This document shows, in pieces, positions 36,575-45,873 of a stretch of DNA of 64,000 bases. Source of the stretch: a virus (Duplodnaviria; Caudoviricetes); the IMG/VR virus record IMGVR_UViG_3300037140_000081, positions 477-64,476 of that record; one strand, 5' to 3'. The notes beneath the pieces are model-generated. The model ran no database searches, was not told the DNA's origin, and saw only the letters and a program-made list of their open reading frames with translations. Position 1 is the stretch's first letter; every line of letters begins with the position of its first letter. The position numbers and the translations under genes were made by a program.

Positions 36575-36801
36575 TGGAGAGTAAGGCCAAACTTATCAAA
36601 GAACAACTTGCCTTCCTTGGGGTAGAGTTTGACAAAGCTGGTGTGACCTACGAGGCTCGCAAGGTGAACACCGGTCATGTGATCCTTAGCTTCACAGTGA
36701 ATGGTAAACCTAAGTCCCTGACGATAGGGGGCTCCCTGGATCGCAACGCCCGGCTACGCAACCGCACGTATCTCCGCAACATGCTGAGGGATAACCTATG
36801 A
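36574..36801 (+). CDS. Hypothetical protein (possible HicA-like fold)
   Basis: Alpha-beta-beta-beta-alpha pattern with 'TGHV'. Confidence 0.4.
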   Translation: MESKAKLIKEQLAFLGVEFDKAGVTYEARKVNTGHVILSFTVNGKPKSLTIGGSLDRNARLRNRTYLRNMLRDNL

Positions 36802-37004
36802 TGATGAAAGCAATCTGCGTTGTGGTCTTCACTGTTGTTATCCTGCTGGCGGTTATGGCCCGATGGCAGTTGCACACTGGCGGCTGTATTTGGTCAGGGC
36901 AAAATGCCACTTGTCCAGTTCGGCCAGCGCAACAGGAAGGGCAATGCCTACCGCAACCAGGATACTGTGACATTGATACGGATTGGCGACCACCGCACAA
37001 ATAA
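36798..37004 (+). CDS. Small membrane-anchored Cys-containing protein
   Basis: N-terminal TM segment; ATGA-coupled. Confidence 0.45.
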   Translation: MMMKAICVVVFTVVILLAVMARWQLHTGGCIWSGQNATCPVRPAQQEGQCLPQPGYCDIDTDWRPPHK

Positions 37005-37048
37005 GTAGCAGGAGTTTGCCCGACGCGGCAAGGACACTAGGAGAAAAA

Positions 37049-37339
37049 ATGAAAGACGACCTTCTTGAAATTCCCGCGTTCCTTAAAATTAGCGCCGAGG
37101 AACGTAAGAAAGCCTGGAAAGATCGACCGTATACAGACCCCTTTGCCGGGGGCCTGACCGACGACCGGAGAGCGCTTGAAAAAGAGCGTGTAGCCGCAAT
37201 CGAAGATGCACGCAAAACAAAGAACGCGCGCGGGCTGGCCAAGATAAAGCAGGCTCACCCAGGACAACGGTGGGATCGCAAGCACAAGATATGGGTGCTT
37301 ATTGATCCAAAGTTTCGTGTAGGAGAAGTCCCAGTATGA
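37049..37339 (+). CDS. Protein with N-terminal FtsZ C-terminal-peptide-like motif
   Basis: AGGAG SD; begins MKDDLLEIPAFLK. Confidence 0.65.
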   Translation: MKDDLLEIPAFLKISAEERKKAWKDRPYTDPFAGGLTDDRRALEKERVAAIEDARKTKNARGLAKIKQAHPGQRWDRKHKIWVLIDPKFRVGEVPV

Positions 37340-37463
37340 CCCCGATCACGTACAAAGGACATGACTATTGCCGTTGTTGCGGGTGGTCTGTTCTTCCTTG
37401 GTATCAAGGGCACTATGTCAAACTCGATCTTGAGTTGTTCGTTCAGTTGGCGAGGGTTAAGCC

Positions 37464-37763
37464 ATGACGCCCGAAGGGAAAGTCAAAGCCAAGGTTAAGA
37501 AATTATTTGCTACCTATGGCGACGATATTTATCAATTTTGGCCCGTGCAGACTGGCATGGGGGCGGCAACACTGGATTGTCTAGCTTGCGCGGCGAGTGA
37601 TTTTTTCTCCGTGGAAACTAAAGTTCCTGGGAAGAAACTGACACCGCGGCAGGAAGCGACCAAAGAACGAATGGAACGCGCAGGTATACGGGTATTTGTT
37701 GTGTATGACGATAATACCCTAGCTGAGTTGAAACGATACCTAGACGAGGTATTTGATCTATAA
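37464..37763 (+). CDS. VRR-NUC nuclease
   Basis: 'TPEGKVK', 'LDCL', 'VETKVPGKKLTPRQ'. Confidence 0.85.
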   Translation: MTPEGKVKAKVKKLFATYGDDIYQFWPVQTGMGAATLDCLACAASDFFSVETKVPGKKLTPRQEATKERMERAGIRVFVVYDDNTLAELKRYLDEVFDL

Positions 37764-39304
37764 TGGGTATCCAGGTATCCCGATCTAATCAAATGCTAGT
37801 GGTTCCTCCGCACCCCGCGGTGGTGAACCTGTACGGTGGTGCGCCCCGTCTGGACGACAACCTGATTATCCCGCACGGCCTGCGCGAGTACCTGCTGTTA
37901 AAGCACCTGGGCTACGCGGTGCCGCACCCCATGCTGTGTTACTACAACTGGGGCAGCAAGACGCCGTTTAAGGTGCAGCTGCATACATGTACGATGCTCA
38001 CGTCGAACCCACGCGCCTACGTGCTTAATGACATGGGCACCGGTAAGACCAAGGGGGCGCTGTGGTCCTGGGACTTCCTGCGTACCGGGGGGTATGCCGG
38101 CAAGCTGCTGGTTGTGGCCCCGTTGTCCACTCTCAACTTTGTGTGGGGGCGGGAGTGCTTTGCCACACTACCCAAGCGCAAGGTGGCGGTGTTGCACGGT
38201 AGCAAGGCGCGACGGTTGGAGCGGCTGGCCGATCCGAGCATCGAGATTTTCATCATCAACCATGACGGTGTCAAGGTGATCTTGAAAGAGCTGATGGAGC
38301 GTACTGATATTGACACGCTGATCCTGGACGAGCTGGCGGTGTACCGCAACAACTCTGATCGCTCCAAGATTATGCGGAAGCTGGCCGAGCGGTTCAACTG
38401 GGTGTGGGGTATGACCGGTGCGCCCATGCCGAACCAGCCTACGGACGTGTGGGCCCAGGCCAAGATTGTCACGCCGAACACGGTGCCTAAGTTCTTCAAG
38501 CAGGCCCGGGAAATGCTGATGATCAAGGTGGACCAGTTCACCTATCGCCCAAAGGCAGACGCAGTGGAAAATGCGTTCCGCATGATGCAGCCGTCCGTGC
38601 GCTACGCGCTGGACGACGTGGTGGAACTGCCCGAGACAATCTCGCGTGTGATCGACGTTGACCTGAGCGAGGAGCAGAAAAAGACCTACGAGAAAATGTC
38701 CAAGCTGTTCCAGGTCATGGTCCAGGAAAAGCAGATTACCGCGGTCAACGCTGCCGCCGCAATGAACAAGCTGCTGCAAGTGGCCCTGGGGTGGGTGTAC
38801 ACCAAATCCCCGGAGTTTGTGGTCCTGGACAGCAAGCCGCGCACCGACGCGATGCTGGATATTATCAACTCGGCCGCGCGCAAGGTGCTGGTCTTTGTGC
38901 CATACCGGCATGCGTTGGCCGGGATCAGCAAGCTGCTGACGGCGGAAGGTATTGAGCATGCTGTCGTGCATGGGGATGTGACGAACCGCGACGAGATATT
39001 CAACCTGTTTCAGAACACCAACAAGTACAAGGGGCTGCTGGCCCACCCGCAATGCCTGGCGCACGGCCTGACGCTGACCGCTGCCGACACGATCATCTGG
39101 ACCTGTCCCACGGCGTCGCTGGAAATCTACGAGCAGGCAAACGCCCGTATCCGGCGCGTGGGACAGATGCACAAGCAGCAGATACTGCACCTGCAAGCTA
39201 CGCCGGTAGAGAAACGGATTTACTCGCTGCTCCGCAATAAGCAGCATGTGCAAGACAAGTTGCTAGAGCTATTCGAGGAAGCCACAGAAAGGAAGCTGTC
39301 ATGA
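37763..39304 (+). CDS. SNF2-family helicase
   Basis: 'MGTGKT', 'ILDELA', 'MTGAP', 'HGLTL', 'QANARIRRVGQ'. Confidence 0.9.
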   Translation: MGIQVSRSNQMLVVPPHPAVVNLYGGAPRLDDNLIIPHGLREYLLLKHLGYAVPHPMLCYYNWGSKTPFKVQLHTCTMLTSNPRAYVLNDMGTGKTKGALWSWDFLRTGGYAGKLLVVAPLSTLNFVWGRECFATLPKRKVAVLHGSKARRLERLADPSIEIFIINHDGVKVILKELMERTDIDTLILDELAVYRNNSDRSKIMRKLAERFNWVWGMTGAPMPNQPTDVWAQAKIVTPNTVPKFFKQAREMLMIKVDQFTYRPKADAVENAFRMMQPSVRYALDDVVELPETISRVIDVDLSEEQKKTYEKMSKLFQVMVQEKQITAVNAAAAMNKLLQVALGWVYTKSPEFVVLDSKPRTDAMLDIINSAARKVLVFVPYRHALAGISKLLTAEGIEHAVVHGDVTNRDEIFNLFQNTNKYKGLLAHPQCLAHGLTLTAADTIIWTCPTASLEIYEQANARIRRVGQMHKQQILHLQATPVEKRIYSLLRNKQHVQDKLLELFEEATERKLS

Positions 39305-39486
39305 GATACAGCGAAATGAAAGCGGCGACAATGGAACAGCTTGTTGATCATCATCGCCAGCTTGAACTGGAAATGGATCGCGTGCAGCAGGTATATCTAA
39401 AAGCCGCTTCAATAGAGCTACGCCAGCAGCACGACGAAATGCGACTTTTACGTTCTATGATAGAAATGAAAGGACACCAAGCATGA
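39301..39486 (+). CDS. 61-aa coiled-coil protein (paralog of 34456-34641)
   Basis: ATGA-coupled; aligns with 34456-34641. Confidence 0.65.
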   Translation: MRYSEMKAATMEQLVDHHRQLELEMDRVQQVYLKAASIELRQQHDEMRLLRSMIEMKGHQA

Positions 39487-39878
39487 CTGAAACCCCCAAC
39501 GTAGATGCTATCGTTGAAGTGTTTCTCGCCGTACGCGAGAAACTTAAAGCGATGGACGACGCCCACGAACTCCTACGGAAAGAGTGGGTGGAGAAAAAAG
39601 AAGCGCTTTCCGGGTGGTTGCTTAACTTCTTGGATACGAATGGGCTGGAGAATGCCAAGACCCCCTCGGGTACAGTCCACACTACCACCCGTAGTAGTGC
39701 CACACTCGCTGACGCCGATGCGTTCATGCGATTTGTGATCGACAACAACGAATATGACTTGCTTGATCGTCGCGCTAATGCTACCGCGGTCAAGGAATTC
39801 GTAAAGAGCCACGACGGCTCCCTGCCACCCGGGGTTAACTTGAGTTCTATGAAAACTATTGGGGTTCGAAGGGCATAA
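39483..39878 (+). CDS. Replication-module hypothetical protein
   Basis: Coiled coil, then 'KTPSGTV...D.DAF..FV...LPPGV'. Confidence 0.7.
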   Translation: MTETPNVDAIVEVFLAVREKLKAMDDAHELLRKEWVEKKEALSGWLLNFLDTNGLENAKTPSGTVHTTTRSSATLADADAFMRFVIDNNEYDLLDRRANATAVKEFVKSHDGSLPPGVNLSSMKTIGVRRA

Positions 39879-40316
39879 ATGGCGCGCAATCGTACCGGTG
39901 AAGCACGAGCTAAACGATTGCGTTATGCGGCCAACCCAGACCACTATAGGGCTATAGACCGGGCATGGTATGCCAAAAACCGAGAAAGGCGTTTAACGCA
40001 GCAGCGTGCGAACTACAAAGCAAACCCCAAAAAACACATAGCCGCGACAAAAAAATCTATATATAAACGGCGATATGGGATGACCTTTGAAGACCGAGAC
40101 AAGATGCTAGCTGCACAAGGTAACTGTTGCGCTATTTGTTTAACAGAGAAACCCCATTCTAAGCATGGGTGGAGTGTTGACCATAACCACGATACCGGTG
40201 TAGTGCGCGGTATTTTGTGCGTGCGATGTAATACTGGTCTAGGCCAGTTTAAAGATAATCCGGCTTTGTTACAAAAAGCGAGTGTGTATCTACTAACCCC
40301 AGGAGAACAAATATGA
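39879..40316 (+). CDS. Endonuclease VII-family homing endonuclease
   Basis: 'RYGMT...QGNCCAIC...VDHNHDTGVVRGILCVRCNTGLG'. Confidence 0.9.
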   Translation: MARNRTGEARAKRLRYAANPDHYRAIDRAWYAKNRERRLTQQRANYKANPKKHIAATKKSIYKRRYGMTFEDRDKMLAAQGNCCAICLTEKPHSKHGWSVDHNHDTGVVRGILCVRCNTGLGQFKDNPALLQKASVYLLTPGEQI

Positions 40317-41389
40317 CCCAGAATAATCTTGTACCATTTGCCGCCGGCACCAAGCCGTCAGCGGCGTTCGCGGCGGCGCTCAACACCGCGGACCATGAGA
40401 GCCTGGCCGATGGTATCGGCTCCTCTTATGGAATTATTGGCTACAAAGGTAAGGTGTGGTCGCTCCGATATCACGGAGAGAAGCACGTTTTTACCCGCCC
40501 GGACGACAACTCGCCAACCGCGCATATCGATGTCATCATCTTGCGGGCGGCGAGTGTCAAGTCCAAGAGCTACTACGGCAAATATGATCCGAACGCCAGC
40601 GAAGGCGTGCGGCCGATCTGTGCGTCTCTGGACGGTATCAAGCCCGACGCTGACGTGCAGCAGAAGCAGTCTGACGTGTGTGCGATCTGCCCCCGCAACG
40701 TGTGGAAGGCAGGCACGGATGGTAAGAAAAGCCGTGAATGCACTGACTATAAACGCCTGGCCGTTTTGCTCTTGCCAAACCAGACCCAGCGGTTGCTGGG
40801 CGCCGCTTTAATGGAACCTGTGTTCCTGCGTATCCCGCCGGCATCGTTGCAGCCTCTGGCTACCTACGGTGAGCAGTTGAATATGCAGGGCTTCCATTAT
40901 TCTTCGGTGGCTACGCGCATCACCTTCGACCCGAATGAGCCGCATCCCAAGATGGTCTTTGCGGGCTTGCAAGCCTTGACCGATGCCGAAGCGCCGGTGG
41001 TTCTCCCCATGCGGGAAGACCCCCAGTCTCTGCGGATCACCGGGGAAGACCAAATGGCGGCCCATACAGGCCCTTTGCAAGTGACTGGGCAGGCCCAGCC
41101 GGCCCAGCAGCTAGCTGCGCCTTCTGTGGACTTGCCGAAAGCCGCCACGGCCCCCTCGGTACCGCAGGCCACAGATTTAGGGTTGACAGCTATAGTACCC
41201 GCCGCGGCCGTCCCACAGACTGCGACGACGATATCCCCTTCTAAGCCCGGGGGATTATTGGAATTGACAGCAACGGCTGTAGCCCCTGGCGCCCCCGGTG
41301 GTGGTCCAGCTGCTGTGGCTGATACAGGTGAAGTGACAGCCAGTGATGCTGCACTGGACGCTAGGATCAAAGGCCTCTTAAACCCGTAA
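40313..41389 (+). CDS. Putative ssDNA-binding/annealing protein with Zn motif
   Basis: 'PICASLDG..PD...CAICPRN...EC...RLAV', flexible C-terminal tail; lies before the primase. Confidence 0.6.
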   Translation: MTQNNLVPFAAGTKPSAAFAAALNTADHESLADGIGSSYGIIGYKGKVWSLRYHGEKHVFTRPDDNSPTAHIDVIILRAASVKSKSYYGKYDPNASEGVRPICASLDGIKPDADVQQKQSDVCAICPRNVWKAGTDGKKSRECTDYKRLAVLLLPNQTQRLLGAALMEPVFLRIPPASLQPLATYGEQLNMQGFHYSSVATRITFDPNEPHPKMVFAGLQALTDAEAPVVLPMREDPQSLRITGEDQMAAHTGPLQVTGQAQPAQQLAAPSVDLPKAATAPSVPQATDLGLTAIVPAAAVPQTATTISPSKPGGLLELTATAVAPGAPGGGPAAVADTGEVTASDAALDARIKGLLNP

Positions 41390-41396
41390 GTGCCTC

Positions 41397-44381
41397 ATGC
41401 TATCTGATAAAACTCGCGAGTTTATGAGCAGAGTAGTTCCGTGGCCGGGTGCCCAAACAGCACCCGGCTACGTTGATCTTGTATGGGCGCCAGGGTTCAA
41501 CGGTAAGCCGTTTAAGTCGCTGGACGAGTTCATGAAGCTGGCCGACTGGGCCAACCGCAAGGAAACAATCAAGGATTTATACTACTGCCTCAGCCTACAG
41601 GCAGAAGCCGCCAAAAATCACCGTGGAGGTCTGGTCGCCAAACGCCACGCATCGCTGGCGCTGTCGCTCAAGTCCATCTGGCTGGACATTGACGTTAAAG
41701 ACCCCCCAAAGGGGTACACCAATTTGGCCGAAGCGCTGGACGCTCTGCAAGCGTTCCGCATCGCCGCCGACCTGCCGCCACCGTCCGCTCTGGTCCATTC
41801 GGGTGGTGGCCTGCACGTCTACTGGATTTCAGATCGGGCACTATCCAAGGCCGAGTGGGAGCCTTATGCTCAAGGGCTCAAGGCACTGGCGGTCAAGCAT
41901 GAATTGCGTTGCGACGCCGGATTGACCACGGATGCTGCTCGCATCCTGCGTGTCCCGGATACGTTCAACTACAAGACTACACCGCCTCGGCCCGTGAGGC
42001 TGCTGGGGCTGCGGGAACAGTCACTCGACTATGACTTTGCTCGCAGCCTCGGTTTCTTGGCGCTGATATCGCCAATGGCAACGACCGTCGATAATAAGAC
42101 ATTTTTTATTAATGCGGATCAGCCATCGGCGCCATCGCCGCTGTTGGCTGCGCTACCGAAAGAGAGCCTGGCGGCGGGTATAACAGCATACAATGATCAA
42201 CCGCTGGACTTTGATAATATTGTCAACGGCTGCGCGTTCATTCGGGACGCGTTGAAGACCGAGGGCAAGGACTACGACCAGCCTATGTGGAACCTGACCA
42301 CGCTGGCGGCAACCTTCATGGAGCACGGACATGCGTTGGCCCACAGAATGGGTAAAGGACACAGCGGATATACTCCTGAGAGCACTGACAAGCTCTGGGA
42401 TCGAAAAAGTAAAGAACGTAAAGATCGTAATATTGGGTACCCCTCTTGTGCTGCAATTCAAGCTGCCGGCTGCAAGGCGTGCGCGATTTGTCCGAATTTT
42501 GCAAAAGGTAAGTCGCCGCTCAATCTCGGCGCTCCAGTTGTTGCCACGGCGGTAGGGGGCACCGTTACATTAATTGCGCCGCCGGACGATATGTTTTTGC
42601 CCGGGGGCTACATTGTCAACTCTGACGGGTTTATCTGCAAGCTGGGTAAAGACGATATTACCCTACAGCTATTCTACAACAAGTTCTCAAATCCGTGGGT
42701 CAGTGACGAGCCAAAGGCCCTGAACTTTACGATCACTACGGATAAAGGGCACACAAAAGATATCGCTATCCCGCTGGCCGATATGTCGAACAGCGGTAAA
42801 ATGTGGGACCGTATGTATCTCCAAGGGGTGACACCGGTTGTCCATTTGGAAGCACAAGGGAGAGGGTTCATGGTGGCATGGTTGGCACTAATACAGAACG
42901 CACACGAGGCTGCTATATCTGTTCCCTTTGGCTGGTGGCACGATGAAAATGGTAAACGCGCCGGATTTGCTTATGGCGGAAAAATTTTCAAGAACGACAA
43001 TACTATAGACCCATCTGGCTGTGCCGAGAACAACATGCGTAAGTGGTATAAACCAGTCGGTACTCGCGCTGCATGGGATACAGCCATGAAGATGATCTTG
43101 GCAGAAAAGCGCCCCGAGCTAGAGTGTCTTGTGGCAGCCACCTTTGCCGGTCCGCTGGCGTTTGTTCCTGCCGAATACAGCAGCATGTTAAGCGTGTGGG
43201 GCGATAGCGGTGCCCACAAATCCACTGCGGTCAAGGTGGGCATGGCTGTCTGGAGCCATCCGCTAATGTCCAAGGAGGTCGCTCGATCAACTGCCAACCA
43301 TATGATGAAGAAGATGGGTGATCTGCGAAACCTGACTATCTACCAAGATGACATAAAAGACACCGTGGACAAGAAAGACCAGAAGGGCGTCTACACTACG
43401 CTGTTCGGCGGTACCGACGGCATAGACGCCGGCAGGTTGACTTCTGGCGTGGACTATCGTGACCGCGTCGCTTGGCAAACTATGGTCGTGATCTGTTCAA
43501 ACACGAGTTTTGTCGATTATGTCAATGAGGTAAATAAGACCTCCGATGCTGGTATATACCGCTTGTTTGAGTTCCAGCACATGAAGGGGGACGACAATGC
43601 GGCCGGCCGCGTGGCCGTTACAATGAATGCCACCCGCATCACGCAGGAACTGGAACATAATTACGGAGCAGTAGGTATGGAATATGCCAAGATGTTGGGG
43701 AGCAACCCGCAAGAGATTGATACGTTCACCAGAAAAATAGTCGAGGATTTTGCGTTGGAGGTTAAGCAAACGGACCCGGAGCGATATTGGGTCGCCGTGT
43801 GTGGCACGTTGCTGGCCGGTGCGGAATTGGCTAACAGACTGGGCGCGGGTTTAAATGTGCCAGAAATGCGAAAGTTTCTGATCTCCCGCTATATGATGAA
43901 CCGCGAACGGTGCGTTGAGGCCAATACCAAGGGCGGCTCACAGATGAACACGGAAGAAACCTTGACCGGGTTCCTCAAGGCTAAGCTGGGTGAGACACTA
44001 TGGACTGACATAATGCACCAAGGCCCAGGCAAGCCGCACGGAATTCAGTTATTGCATGAACCTGACATTCGGTTTCCTAAACCGATAAACGTCCATTTTG
44101 CTGTCGGAGATCGTACGGTAACAATGTCCACCGTTGCATTCCGCGACTATCTCAAATTGACAAATACGGCGCCTGCCGCAATCGTACGTGGGTTAAAGGT
44201 GCATTATAAAATGTACCGGGAACGCCTCAGCATGGCGGCTGGTACTCGGCATGTGCAGGGGCCGGAAGCGGTTATGATTATCCCAATTCCTGAGGGTTCA
44301 CCATTAGAACCGCTAATGAATGCCTACAAGCAAATGGTTAAGCCAGATGCTATTAGCGGAGCCACGGGAGCGGCAGTTTGA
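41397..44381 (+). CDS. Primase-helicase (RepB-like primase plus DUF927-type helicase)
   Basis: 'WLDID', 'HSGGGLHVYW', 'DAARILRVP', Cys cluster, Walker A-like 'GDSGAHKST', 'HNYG'. Confidence 0.85.
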   Translation: MLSDKTREFMSRVVPWPGAQTAPGYVDLVWAPGFNGKPFKSLDEFMKLADWANRKETIKDLYYCLSLQAEAAKNHRGGLVAKRHASLALSLKSIWLDIDVKDPPKGYTNLAEALDALQAFRIAADLPPPSALVHSGGGLHVYWISDRALSKAEWEPYAQGLKALAVKHELRCDAGLTTDAARILRVPDTFNYKTTPPRPVRLLGLREQSLDYDFARSLGFLALISPMATTVDNKTFFINADQPSAPSPLLAALPKESLAAGITAYNDQPLDFDNIVNGCAFIRDALKTEGKDYDQPMWNLTTLAATFMEHGHALAHRMGKGHSGYTPESTDKLWDRKSKERKDRNIGYPSCAAIQAAGCKACAICPNFAKGKSPLNLGAPVVATAVGGTVTLIAPPDDMFLPGGYIVNSDGFICKLGKDDITLQLFYNKFSNPWVSDEPKALNFTITTDKGHTKDIAIPLADMSNSGKMWDRMYLQGVTPVVHLEAQGRGFMVAWLALIQNAHEAAISVPFGWWHDENGKRAGFAYGGKIFKNDNTIDPSGCAENNMRKWYKPVGTRAAWDTAMKMILAEKRPELECLVAATFAGPLAFVPAEYSSMLSVWGDSGAHKSTAVKVGMAVWSHPLMSKEVARSTANHMMKKMGDLRNLTIYQDDIKDTVDKKDQKGVYTTLFGGTDGIDAGRLTSGVDYRDRVAWQTMVVICSNTSFVDYVNEVNKTSDAGIYRLFEFQHMKGDDNAAGRVAVTMNATRITQELEHNYGAVGMEYAKMLGSNPQEIDTFTRKIVEDFALEVKQTDPERYWVAVCGTLLAGAELANRLGAGLNVPEMRKFLISRYMMNRERCVEANTKGGSQMNTEETLTGFLKAKLGETLWTDIMHQGPGKPHGIQLLHEPDIRFPKPINVHFAVGDRTVTMSTVAFRDYLKLTNTAPAAIVRGLKVHYKMYRERLSMAAGTRHVQGPEAVMIIPIPEGSPLEPLMNAYKQMVKPDAISGATGAAV

Positions 44382-44601
44382 TCGCCGCGTAGGTGCCAAC
44401 GAACGCGCCTACTGCCGTGGGTATGATCATCCAGTGGTCGTCCACATACCCAATGGTCACCACGGCATTGCAAAGCATTATGGCCGTGGCCGCTAGACCA
44501 GCACCTGCGGCTTTCTTTTTCAACAAAAACAGTGTGTAGTGAGCCCAAATGAAATCAAGCACTACCATTGACCCAAATACATAGAGGACCTGGGGGATCA
44601 T
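44353..44601 (-). CDS. Small three-TM membrane protein
   Basis: Hydrophobic, 'GAFVGTY'; last gene of the late operon. Confidence 0.55.
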   Translation of the reverse strand: MIPQVLYVFGSMVVLDFIWAHYTLFLLKKKAAGAGLAATAIMLCNAVVTIGYVDDHWMIIPTAVGAFVGTYAAIKLPLPWLR

Positions 44602-45032
44602 TTTCGCAACCTCACCACTACCATCTTCCCCCCGGAGTACGGGTCGCGCTTCATCCCGATCTTGCAAGCTTGGATAGCGCTGGCATTGGCGTCCATCGCT
44701 GGTAAAGCAAAGCGCGCCCCGGAGCCAATCGCATAGTAGGGCACTTTAATTGGCTGCCAGATAATTCCTTCAAAGAAAAACACGCGCCCGCGGGTGTCTA
44801 CCAGCAGCGCGTTTATGTCTTCCAGTTTCGGAGGACCAAACCCTTTAACGAGACTTTCGTATAGCCGTATGCAGCTCTCGGTGGTTTTAGACGCGCCAAA
44901 TAACCGGCCGTCTTCCAACCGGAACACCTTCACGTCGTCGTCCCTATTGACGTACGAACTCTCATGGTCTTCGATAACAGTTTCTCGACCGTCGCCGGCC
45001 ATAATACCGTTTCGATAGGTTATGCAGGTCAT
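44598..45032 (-). CDS. Ntn-hydrolase (HslV/proteasome-beta-like) peptidase
   Basis: N-terminal 'MTCI', 'AGDGR', 'AIGSG', 'DPYSGG'. Confidence 0.75.
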   Translation of the reverse strand: MTCITYRNGIMAGDGRETVIEDHESSYVNRDDDVKVFRLEDGRLFGASKTTESCIRLYESLVKGFGPPKLEDINALLVDTRGRVFFFEGIIWQPIKVPYYAIGSGARFALPAMDANASAIQACKIGMKRDPYSGGKMVVVRLRK

Positions 45033-45478
45033 GGAACACCTGTGACTTTCATGTAGTGTAAAACACGTTCAAGTTCTTCAACTGTTGCGTCCCGTTTCAA
45101 CTGATTTGCTCGATGGCTAATGACCCTGATGTTGTCTGGGGTATAGCCAGCGTCGTTATAAAAGCGGTCAACGCTCGGTGAATTAGGTAATGGTTTTCCA
45201 GTGACACTGACCACTAATTTAATACCTAAAACAGGACAAAATTCTGGGACAAGAATATCTGCGGCTACAATAGAACACCGCCTACCATTCTTTTTGGCGC
45301 GATGACGTATATTTTTAATGATTGATGCGGGCCATGTTGCCAGGTCGCAGCGTCGTGCGCGTGTAGTTGCGTACTCTTTGTCCCGCCGCCCTGGCTGTTT
45401 TCTTTGCATCGCTTGTCGTTCTAGCACACCAGGTTTAGCCCGGTAGCGCCGCATGGCTATAGCAGCGGGGGTAGTCAC
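45029..45478 (-). CDS. HNH homing endonuclease
   Basis: 'PEFCPVLGI...SPSVDRF....GYTPDNIRVISHRANQLK'; likely GTG start after GGAG. Confidence 0.85.
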   Translation of the reverse strand: MTTPAAIAMRRYRAKPGVLERQAMQRKQPGRRDKEYATTRARRCDLATWPASIIKNIRHRAKKNGRRCSIVAADILVPEFCPVLGIKLVVSVTGKPLPNSPSVDRFYNDAGYTPDNIRVISHRANQLKRDATVEELERVLHYMKVTGVP

Positions 45479-45494
45479 AGGAAATCTCCAGGGG

Positions 45495-45842
45495 TTACTT
45501 GATGACTTTTTTTGTGTTCTTCGGAGGCTTCGTGAAGCCCTTGCCAGAGCCTTCACCGGTCTTACCGTAGTTCTGGTCTTCATCCTCCGAGGATGATTTC
45601 TCGTTGAGTTCACTAAACTCATTGGGCGTCTTCAAGAAAGAGCTTTCCTTGCCGAGGACGGGTCCGCCGGCGGCGTAGGACGCGGTTTGAGGTTTCATCC
45701 CTTTGCTTAGCATGGCTGTGCCTTTATCTGCTTTGTTAAACTCTTTTGCCACCGCAACGGAGGGTCCCCCGCCGCCTGGCTTCTTCCACCCGTGAGCCAC
45801 CGCGGCCATCAGTCGGGCTACCTTTGGTGTCGGGCTAGGCAT
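45495..45842 (-). CDS. Small basic virion-associated protein
   Basis: GGAGG SD; 'MAAVAHG...VAKEFNKAD', 'YAAGG'. Confidence 0.65.
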   Translation of the reverse strand: MPSPTPKVARLMAAVAHGWKKPGGGGPSVAVAKEFNKADKGTAMLSKGMKPQTASYAAGGPVLGKESSFLKTPNEFSELNEKSSSEDEDQNYGKTGEGSGKGFTKPPKNTKKVIK

Positions 45843-45873
45843 AGCAGACCTCCGTTAAGCCTTGGTTACTACC

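Noticed and set aside
38168-39253. 361-aa antisense ORF over the helicase (also 16238-17095, 46489-47418, 3729-4472)
   Set aside because: Expected stop-poor antisense frames of genes with GC-rich third positions; no recognisable motifs.
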